DNA of 64,000 nt from an uncultured Actinomycetes bacterium. GTDB taxonomy: Bacteria; Actinomycetota; Actinomycetes; S36-B12; UBA10799. A program made the translations under genes and the position numbers. Below are positions 28,230 to 35,694 of the stretch, one piece after another. The first letter of the stretch is position 1. Each line of letters starts with the position of its first letter. The notes under the pieces are model-generated. The model ran no database searches. It saw only the letters and a list, made by a program, of their open reading frames with translations, and was not told the origin of the DNA. The stretch lies in assembly GCA_963842975.1 (NCBI GenBank), contig CAWJIH010000009.1, positions 268,310 through 332,309 on the forward strand. Reading direction: 5' to 3'.

Positions 28230-28555
28230 CTACTCTTCTGCGGTGTCGCGCATTTGATGTGCAGTGGGAGAAGTGCGAAGAAAGACCAAAGGGTGCTGGG
28301 GCATAATTATCGAGCTCATAACACTCTCGGGGTGGATAGGAGGATGAGCCCAAGGACTTGTTGGCCGCTGTCACACCCCATCAGATAAGACCCAACCGTC
28401 AGGGAATACTGCTCCCGGTACTACCGTCGGTAGGCTGCCCGAGCCAGTTAGGGTCCGACGCAACTCAGTGCGCTCGACGTTCGGACGTGTCCACGTCAGT
28501 TTTTCCTCTGTCATTCAAGTCTCCTATCACGGCAACTTGTGAAACCGTACCAGGC
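27847..28555. repeat. intra-cluster segmental duplication, copy b (pairs with 26325-26935)
   Basis: See copy a; contains A3, the A3-K2 spacer and the 5' half of K2. Confidence 0.85.
28371..28514 (-). CDS. precursor-like ORF A3 (47 aa): MTEEKLTWTRPNVERTELRRTL-TGSGSLPTVVPGAVFPDGWVLSDGV; core frame-shifted relative to A2
   Basis: Hand translation; same RBS and leader as A2. A 1-nt gap (CAGCCT-ACCGAC versus CAGCCTCACCGAC) changes the frame after core residue 6, so there is no Asp/Glu at core positions 7-9. Confidence 0.5.
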   Translation of the reverse strand: MTEEKLTWTRPNVERTELRRTLTGSGSLPTVVPGAVFPDGWVLSDGV

Positions 28556-28583
28556 ACCAGGGGACGTTGGTCAAGGCCTTGTT

Positions 28584-30401
28584 CTATGTGGCCTCCTCCG
28601 CGACGAATAGCCCGGCCATCAGTCCGCGCGTCAGCGTCGTCACCGCAAGCCGAAACGACTCGGGGGTGTCCTCAGTTCGCACGATCTCCCACGTTCGTCG
28701 CAACAGCCGAGCATCGACCACATCCGCAGCTGGCCCAGAAGCCACCTCGTCGAGCGCTGCCTCCACCTCCCCAACGCTGCGCCGCAGGCGGATCGCGACA
28801 TCACCAGCCTGGCGGCCCCGGTTGCGGTTGAGGCGCACCTCATCCGGCAGCCGTCCAGCCATCGACGTCCGGATTAGCCACCTGTCGGTGTTGGTGCCCG
28901 GGTCGATGAACACCTCATCGGGCACCGACCAGGAATAGGCCAACAGGCGTGCGTCGGCGCTGGGATCACGGATCTCCACCCCTGCTGCCCGGCCCGCCTG
29001 GGCATGCAGCGCCCCGACGAAGGATCGGCCAGGTTGAAGAAAGTTCCGCATTTGAAGCGGTGTCCGCGGGGGCAACTGGTCCGGGTCGGCATCGAAGCGT
29101 TCCGTCAGCCGAAGCCGACGGGCGAACTCAGGGTTGATCGCAGTGTGTATGAACCGGTCCTTGCCGTGCCGCACGCGGCGAACACCCCGCACCGCCCCAG
29201 GAGGAACGCGCTGCCGCGCCTCGGCGTGCGCCCATGCTCGGACAGAATTCCGGTTGCGCCAGCGGTAGGCCATCGACTGCGAAAAAGAGCTGCCAGCCCA
29301 CGACAGGCCGGCGTTTCCGCACTGCCCTATCAGCAGCACACTGCAGCCTTGCTCGGCCGCCATCTGATTCAGGGCGATCATCCAGTACGCGTTGCCCGCC
29401 GAATGTCCGGGTTCCTGCTGGATCTCAAGTTGCCGACGAATCCCCGCCATCGGGCTGATATCCACCGCGTCCACCGGATACAGACCGACGTTGCCCGCGT
29501 GCTGAGAGATCATCCGGGCGTAGGGCAACTCGTCACCAAAACGCTTCGGCACAAACGCGCTCGTGTCCGCGATCGGCACCGAGGTGTACGCCTGGATACG
29601 CTCCCCTGGGAGCATCTCAGCCGCGGTGACAGTGATCGAACTGGAGTCAAGACCGCCGCTGAGCGTCGAACCGAGAGCCCCGCCGTCATCGCGGCGCAGT
29701 CGTGCCCGGACCGCCTCATCGAAAACCTCGGTGAAACCCTCCACGTACTCGCGGTGATCCTTCAACCGCAGCTCCGGGGTGTCCTCAAGAAACCAGTACT
29801 GACTGGTACGCACGGATTGCGGCGTGACTGTGATGGTGTGCGCCGGCGGCAGCCGCTTGATGCCGGTGCGCACCGTTCGCTCGCCGTGATACGCCGGCCA
29901 CGACACCAGCACCTGCGCCACATATAGCTCATCAATCTGGCCGGGCACCAGATTCAGATCGATCAACACCTGCTGTTCGCTGGCGAACGCGAACGTGCCC
30001 TCGGTGAGCGCGTAGTACAACGACGTCATGCCGAAGTGGTCGCGGGCCAGGAACACCTCACGGCTGTCCGGATGCCACACCGCAAAAGCCCAGTCGCCGT
30101 AGATCCGCTGCACACAGTCCGCACCCCAGCGGGTGTACGCACGATGGATCAAGTTCGCATCGTCGTGCTTAGCGTCGGTTGGTTGGTAGGTGCCCCACTC
30201 GCGGGCATCCAGCCCTAGTCCCGACAGCAACTCCTTGCGGTTGTCCACCCGCGCCGATGCTACACACACCGTGCCATCTGGGGCTTGCGACGACACCCGG
30301 CCCATAAAACGGGCACCGGGGCCAGCCCAACCCTGACCGGGTAGGTCTTGGCGCAACGGTTCGTCACGCCGGGAGATCAGACCGGACATCGTGGGGATCA
30401 C
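28584..30401 (-). CDS. asparagine-synthetase-like lasso peptide cyclase (C protein)
   Basis: About 600 aa; N-terminal glutaminase-like fold without a Cys2 start, SGGLDSS PP-loop, follows the B2 gene. GTG 30401 sits 5 nt after GGAGG (track start is 30407). Confidence 0.85.
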   Translation of the reverse strand: MIPTMSGLISRRDEPLRQDLPGQGWAGPGARFMGRVSSQAPDGTVCVASARVDNRKELLSGLGLDAREWGTYQPTDAKHDDANLIHRAYTRWGADCVQRIYGDWAFAVWHPDSREVFLARDHFGMTSLYYALTEGTFAFASEQQVLIDLNLVPGQIDELYVAQVLVSWPAYHGERTVRTGIKRLPPAHTITVTPQSVRTSQYWFLEDTPELRLKDHREYVEGFTEVFDEAVRARLRRDDGGALGSTLSGGLDSSSITVTAAEMLPGERIQAYTSVPIADTSAFVPKRFGDELPYARMISQHAGNVGLYPVDAVDISPMAGIRRQLEIQQEPGHSAGNAYWMIALNQMAAEQGCSVLLIGQCGNAGLSWAGSSFSQSMAYRWRNRNSVRAWAHAEARQRVPPGAVRGVRRVRHGKDRFIHTAINPEFARRLRLTERFDADPDQLPPRTPLQMRNFLQPGRSFVGALHAQAGRAAGVEIRDPSADARLLAYSWSVPDEVFIDPGTNTDRWLIRTSMAGRLPDEVRLNRNRGRQAGDVAIRLRRSVGEVEAALDEVASGPAADVVDARLLRRTWEIVRTEDTPESFRLAVTTLTRGLMAGLFVAEEAT

Positions 30402-30441
30402 GCGCACCTCCGCGGGCTAGCGCCCATTGTGACTGGCGGGG

Positions 30442-30948
30442 TCATCCGGTGAACCTTCCCACCGGCACATACACGTTGTTCTGCGTCGCTCCAGTGACCA
30501 CCACCGGCCCTTGCTCCAACCACGCGTGGGCACTCGACCGACCGCCAGAGCGGGACATCCCCAAAGTCACCGTCACGGGCAATCCACGCACACGAAGAAG
30601 TCGCGCCCCCGTCAAAGCCTGCGCCAGACACGTCGAGGTCCAGGGCGTGCGCGCGGCCACGGCGGTCACCGCCCGGCCCGTATCCACCGCGACCTCCCTG
30701 TCGACCCGGCCCCCCGCTATCGGTTCCGGTGACGGCCGCAACCCCAGGAACCCGGTGATGCGACGCAATGGAACCGTATTGACCGCTAGCGACATGGGCG
30801 GCAGCCACAACGCAGCCGACAGGATCAGTCGGCGCTGTCGCGGCGTCAAGGCCCGCCACTTGCGCCAGGCCGGGGCTGGAGCTTCTCCACGGCGGTGACT
30901 GTTCACGCCTGCCACGGACGTCACGGACGAGTTCACAAGAACGGCCAT
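30442..30948 (-). CDS. transglutaminase-like leader peptidase (lasso B2 protein)
   Basis: 168 aa; ...TPWTSTCLAQALTGARLL... (Cys) and ...SSAHAWLEQG... (His) are typical of lasso B2 proteins. Confidence 0.85.
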   Translation of the reverse strand: MAVLVNSSVTSVAGVNSHRRGEAPAPAWRKWRALTPRQRRLILSAALWLPPMSLAVNTVPLRRITGFLGLRPSPEPIAGGRVDREVAVDTGRAVTAVAARTPWTSTCLAQALTGARLLRVRGLPVTVTLGMSRSGGRSSAHAWLEQGPVVVTGATQNNVYVPVGRFTG

Positions 30949-30986
30949 CGTGACCTACGCCTCGCAGACCACAGGGCCCAGTTCGA

Positions 30987-31217
30987 CTAACGACCCAACC
31001 AAGCGCTCAACATAGGCTCGATCTCCACGATGTCCGCATCGAACTCTGTCGACAGGATTCCGGCGATCCGGCCGACAGTGCGTTGCTGGTCCAGCGCCGT
31101 CCAGATGGACGCACCGACATCATCCAACTCGACGTACTTCAACTCCGCCGACAACACGATGAGGGAATCAGCCACTCCTGCGGAAAGAGTTCCAGGTGCT
31201 TGCTGGTAGGTATTCAT
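30987..31217 (-). CDS. PqqD-family RRE protein (lasso B1)
   Basis: 76 aa; ...LIVLSAELKYVELDDVGASIWTALDQQRTVGRIAGIL...; immediately upstream of B2; GGAG-rich RBS. Confidence 0.8.
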   Translation of the reverse strand: MNTYQQAPGTLSAGVADSLIVLSAELKYVELDDVGASIWTALDQQRTVGRIAGILSTEFDADIVEIEPMLSAWLGR

Positions 31218-31457
31218 GGCTCCACTCCACTCCGTGACGCACGGGTGCCGTGCAAGGAGACGCTATCGCCCGGCCTTGCGATGTGCCTGCCGGTGACGTT
31301 GCATCAGCGTATCGGGAACATAGAAGGCCCTAAGGTGCACCCGTCCATGCTGCCCAGGCCACATATTGCATGGTTGATGGCAAGCCCCCTCGCCCCTCTG
31401 ACGGCGCCGGGGGCTGGTGGGTGTCCGGAAGCGTGTGGGGTAGGCCGCTTCCGGTGA

Positions 31458-32005
31458 TACCAGGCGCAGGCCCGCAACCCACTACGGTCGGCGCGTTTAT
31501 TGAGCAAAGTCCGCGCTGACGGCACCCGCACTTCCTTGACCCAGCCTCCCCTCTCGGGGCGTCTCACCTCTGACGGGTTCGGCGGTGCCGTACTTGCAGC
31601 AGTGACACCACTCACCAGCACTGTCACGTTGGGGAACGGGGTCACCCTGCCCGCCAACACCTCAGGTGGGCTGCTCAGTTTCGTTGCTGCCCGCATCGCT
31701 GCAGACGGAACCTGGCTGTGGGCGGGGTCGGCACCCACAACTGTGACCGGCGTCGTACCCCAACTCTGTGGATAAGGCTGGATGCGGTGCGGCTGGCCCC
31801 AAACGGTTCAGTTCTCGTGTCCGGGCAATTCTTCAACAAGGTCCTTTTCGACCAGCCTGTTGTGGCTGAAGTCACCTCATTCGGCGGCACCGACGGCATC
31901 GTCATCCGCTTCTATCCCACCAGCCGAATAACCCCCCGAGCCCCACGCGGCACCCGAGGTGCCAACTTGGATGTCAATCGACAACTAGTGTCGATTGACA
32001 TCTGA
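31458..32005 (+). pseudogene. SBBP beta-propeller-repeat gene remnant (two frames, shift near 31750-31770)
   Basis: ...SDGFGGAVLAAVTP...GGLLSFVAARIAADGTWLWAG... (frame a) and ...AVRLAPNGSVLVSGQFFNK...FGGTDGIVIRF... (frame b); same strand as the 22902-23765 ORF. Confidence 0.55.
31970..32002. promoter_or_regulatory. perfect 14-bp inverted repeat GATGTCAATCGACA-ACTAG-TGTCGATTGACATC at the island/right-repeat junction
   Basis: Read directly. The TGTCGATTGACA half also occurs at 22032-22043 and 22596-22607. Function unknown. Confidence 0.5.
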
Positions 32006-32233
32006 CTTGGCGATGTGACCGTCGCTGAGGGTTTCTCGCGCACGCGAAAGTGGCCTCGCCCCTCACGGACGGGGCCACTTTCGCTTTGGTGGTGATCAAC
32101 GCGGTCGGTGGTTGGGTTGGTGGTGATCAACGCGGTCCGCGGTTGGGTTTGCGGTGATCAACTGGCCCGTTTTCCCTACTGGGACCCGTGTTGATCATGG
32201 GTTGCCCTACTGGGACCCGCGTTGATCATCGCG
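31983..32233. repeat. right copy of long direct repeat flanking the island (pairs with 22026-22426)
   Basis: Same order of elements as the left copy: GTCGATTGACA motif, hairpin, 3 A-type 31-bp units (32091, 32122, 32153), 2 B-type units. Confidence 0.85.
32049..32088 (+). terminator. terminator-like hairpin (copy of 22117-22156)
   Basis: AGTGGCCTCG...CGGGGCCACT stem followed by TTCGCTTTGG. Confidence 0.6.
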
Positions 32234-32395
32234 CCCATACGCGCACCCCCCTCGCCCGCCGCGCAACGTGACGTTAGGGGCTACCTGAACCGGCCGAACA
32301 GGTCCACGGCAGTCACGTGTGTTGGTGATGGATCGCGCCCCGGGCGGCACCCCGTTGGGCATAGTGACTGCCCGGGTGTTCCGATCTCGGCCGTC

Positions 32396-32446
32396 GGCCA
32401 CGGCCACGGCCACGGCCACGGCCATCGGCCGATCGGCCACGGCCAC
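32396..32446. repeat. hexanucleotide microsatellite (GGCCAC)n, interrupted
   Basis: GGCCAC x4, GGCCAT, CGGCCGATC, GGCCAC x2 read directly; a nearby (CCGGA)n-like run lies at about 32512-32535. Confidence 0.85.
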
Positions 32447-32860
32447 ACCCAAAGCGCGCTTGTCTCGCCCCTGTGGGCCCGAACAGTGGTTGCGGGGAAC
32501 GAGAGGCGTAGGCCCGGACCGGACCGGACCGGATTGATCGGGTGGTGGTTGTCGCCGCTGAAGGAAGCTTCCTCCTCGGTGAAGTAGCCCAGCGCATCGA
32601 TGGCCAATTCGTTGGTTCAGTGGAGCCGGGGAATACCACGAACAACCCGCAGCAGGCCGGGCATCACCGCGTGGGTCCCTGCGGGCAGCCGATACCGAAC
32701 GCCTCGATACCGAATACCTCGATCCTGAACGACACAGCCGGGCGCACGGTGGCGAACGGATCCGTGATGAGTCGTGGATCCAACGCTGCGGTGCTGGCCC
32801 CGGGTGTCGACGACGCGGTGTGCGTGTAAACAGCCGGAGCCACCGAGGTGATTGTCGATG

Positions 32861-34625
32861 TCAGCGGCTGGGTTGCCCGCGATCCTTCCGGGCCTTGACC
32901 CGCTGACCTTTCAGCCGGGTGCTGCCGAGGGCTGCGATAACGTTTGCGGCCGCATCACTGGGGACGTCGACTGTGGTGTGTCGAGGCCGAATATCGATTG
33001 GCCCGATCTGTGAACCGGGCAATCCCGTCTCGTTTGCGATCGCCCCCACCACGTCTTGTGGTCGGATCCCCGCGTCGTTGCCAGCGTTGATGAAGATGCG
33101 CTGCTTGCCTTTCCCCGGTGGTCCGCCGCGGCCACCCTGGCGTTCCTTGCCTCCGCCACCTCCGCCAGCGCCGCCGGACCCGCCTGCGCGTTCCCGGTTC
33201 TTGAACCCGCCGGCGCCATCCCGTCGGCCGTGCCCGTGCTTGTCACCGCGATGATCACCGCGGCGCTCGCGCGGTTCGCTCACCTCGGGAATGTCGGTTT
33301 CGCCTTCGTCCCCGACCGTCGCCAGGTGCGTGGATTTGATGGCAGCCAACGCCACCTGTTCGATCCCGGCGTCCTCTGTGAGCGCGTCCAGCAGGGGCCG
33401 GAAACTGTCCAGGTCATCGTCCAAGCAGGTAAGCGCCAGGCGCGCCCTCGTCACTTCCAGGCGTCGCTCGCGCAACTGTGCGGAGGTGGGGAGTTTCCCG
33501 AGTTCGATCTGCTGGCCGGTGCTCCGGCCGATGGCGCTGAGTTGGCGGCGTTCCCGCGGTTCGGCGATCGTGATCGCGGTTCCGGTGCGATCGCCGCGGC
33601 CAACGCGGCCGATCCGGTGCACATACGATTCCGACGCAGCCGGCACATCGAAGTTGACCACGTGGGTGAGGTGGTCGACGTCGAGGCCGCGGGCGGCGAC
33701 ATCGGTGGCCACCAGCAGTTCGGCATTGCCGCTGCGCAGGCGGGTCATCACCCGGTCCCGCATTGCCTGATCCATGCCGCCGTGCAGTGCCTCGGCGCGG
33801 TAGCCACGACCATTGAGGGTTTCGGTAAGTTGATCCACATCTGCCCTGGTGCGGCAGAACACCAGCGCCGCCGTGGGTGATTCGATATCCAGGATGCGCC
33901 CGAGCGCTGCTGCCTTGTAGGGGCGCGCCACGACGTAGGCGACCTGTCGGATCTTGGGTCCTTCGTCGGGTGCCTGGGTTTCCCGTTCGATGGCGATGCG
34001 CAGGGGATCGTTCAAGTGGTTCTGGGCGATCCGCAGGATGCGGTGAGGCATCGTGGCTGAGAACATGACCGTTTGGCGATCCGCTGGAGCCTGCGAGAGG
34101 ATCTCTTCGATGTCCTCGGCAAAACCCATGTCGAGCATCTCATCGGCTTCATCGAGCACAACCGTGGCAACGTCGTGCAGCTTCAGCGATCGGCGATTCA
34201 GCAGGTCCAGCGCTCGGCCGGGGGTGGCCACCACGATGTCGACGCCGCGCTTGAGCGCGGTGATCTGGCGCCCGATGGGTTGACCGCCGTAGACCGGCAA
34301 GGTGCGCACGTCGAAAGGGCGACCGTAGCGGTGTACGGCCTGGGCCACCTGCATACACAATTCTCGGGTCGGCGCCAACACGAGCGCTGTGGGCAGGTTG
34401 CCGCGGAGCCTGCTCTTCGCTCATGCCGCTGACGATGGGCAGCGCGAAGGCCGCGGTCTTGCCGGTGCCCGTGGCGGCCTGGCAGAGCAGGTCGCGGCCG
34501 GTCAGCATTTCCGGGATAGCGGCGTTTTGAATGGGGGTGGGGGCTTCGTAGCCGAGGGTGGTGAGGCTGGATACGAGGTCTGGGTGGAGTCCGAGGGATT
34601 CGAATCCAGGGTCTTCAGTTGTCAC
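32861..34625 (-). pseudogene. DEAD-box RNA helicase (DeaD/CshA-like with DbpA-type C-terminal domain), frameshifted near 34381-34423
   Basis: The Q-motif and Walker A (TPIQ..., AATGTGKT) lie in one frame (34149-34676 ORF). PTRELCMQV, DEADEM, SAT, HRIGRVGR and the Gly/Arg-rich tail lie in another (32861-34381). Removing one C from the CCC run (plus-strand GGG at 34391-34393) would give ...RQPATALVLAPTREL. Confidence 0.8.
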
Positions 34626-34937
34626 GCAAGTAAGTCCTGTTCTCTGGCCGGTCGCGAGTGCGACGCAACCGTACAAGCGTAGGGGGTGGCCGCGCGCGCT
34701 ACACGAACGCGGGTCAAATGAACTGCGCCCGACAGCCAGACAGCAGGTATCCGGAGAACTCCGGCAGCTCGCTGAAGACCTTCAGGCCGGAGGCACCAAG
34801 CGCCACCAGCGAAACGAACTGCGCCCACCACCCGGAGCCCATCGACTGCGTGTGGCCCCAGGTGGTGAGAACGACGTGGGCGGTGATGAGGCCGACCGAC
34901 GGTGCGGGCGAGCACACTCATCTATGTGCCCCGGCAG

Positions 34938-35525
34938 TTAGCGAGTGAAGGCGTTCAGATGGCCTTGGGATGAACGAATCTGAGCATTCAGCACCCGAAG
35001 AACGTCTGCGTTGGTGAACAGCGATTTGGCGGCATTGAGGTCCTCAAGGTCCTTGCGCTCCACCGTCGCACCCGCGGCCAGGGCAGCCTCCGGAGTTGTG
35101 GCCGAGGCCAGCAGCTCGTTGTACATGGCTGCCAAATCCGGGTCGCTGAACACCCCATCGGCTTGGTCGACGGTGGGATCGGTGACGCCGTAGGTCGCCA
35201 TCAGCGAGCGCACCGAGTCCATGTGCTTCTGCTCGGAATTCGCGATGCTGGCGAATTGGGTGAGGTCGGGGTACTGAACTGCAAGCGCACGGTAGAGGTC
35301 TCGCGCTACCTTCTCCTCCTCGACCCAATAGGTCAGTTCGGCTTGCTGCTCCGGGGTCAGGGTAGCCGGGGTCTGCGTGACTGCCGAACTACTTTGCCCG
35401 GCGCGAGCGCCGTTGCCCGGTCCGCCGTTGCCGGCCGCGACCGCAGCTCCGGCCGGCGCTGCCACCGCACCTGCCAGTAGCACGGCGGCGGTGAGGGTGC
35501 CGGCGACTTTGGTTGACATTTTCAT
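34938..35525 (-). CDS. secreted ferritin-like DUF2202 protein
   Basis: Signal peptide MKMSTKVAGTLTAAVLLAGAVAAPAGA; ...EEEKVARDLY...ANSEQKHMDSV...YGV.DP pattern; AGGAGG RBS before ATG 35525. Confidence 0.7.
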   Translation of the reverse strand: MKMSTKVAGTLTAAVLLAGAVAAPAGAAVAAGNGGPGNGARAGQSSSAVTQTPATLTPEQQAELTYWVEEEKVARDLYRALAVQYPDLTQFASIANSEQKHMDSVRSLMATYGVTDPTVDQADGVFSDPDLAAMYNELLASATTPEAALAAGATVERKDLEDLNAAKSLFTNADVLRVLNAQIRSSQGHLNAFTR

Positions 35526-35694
35526 GACGACCTCCTGTGTCAGGGGCCCCGAGTGGGGCCGTTCGTGTGTTTCTGTAGCTCCACCATGGATCCGGCTGCT
35601 GAAGATCGAGTGGGGTCGATGTGGAGATCGTGTGGAGATTCCCGTTCGGTGGTTCCCGGGCAACGCGCGGGCACGCGGTTGCAGGCAAGATGGG

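Noticed and set aside
28153-28374. ORF MTAANKSLGSS(S/P)YPPRECYELDNY... present in both duplicated cassettes (also 26404-26742)
   Set aside because: Its apparent conservation only reflects the near-identical DNA duplication. It overlaps the K2 start in another frame, and in copy a it runs into kinase-fragment DNA. It has no recognisable fold or motif. I cannot exclude a small coupled gene after A3 (GTGTGA overlap), but there is no positive evidence.
31304-31738. 144-aa minus-strand ORF upstream of the lasso B1 gene (possible regulator or exporter)
   Set aside because: It is antisense to the SBBP repeat remnant, whose repeat pattern is a much better explanation. Its composition is Arg/Pro/Ala-rich without motifs.
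22427-31982. Island as a prophage, ICE or IS-bounded transposon
   Set aside because: No integrase, recombinase, transposase, conjugation or phage genes are recognisable. The direct repeats are not tRNA-derived: tRNA-Leu at 20918-21002 is separated from the island by the BI-1 gene. There are no terminal inverted repeats of IS type.
32281-32607. 108-aa ORF with a WPWPWPWPWP run
   Set aside because: The repeat peptide is simply the translation of the (GGCCAC)n microsatellite on the opposite strand. The flanks have no coding signature.
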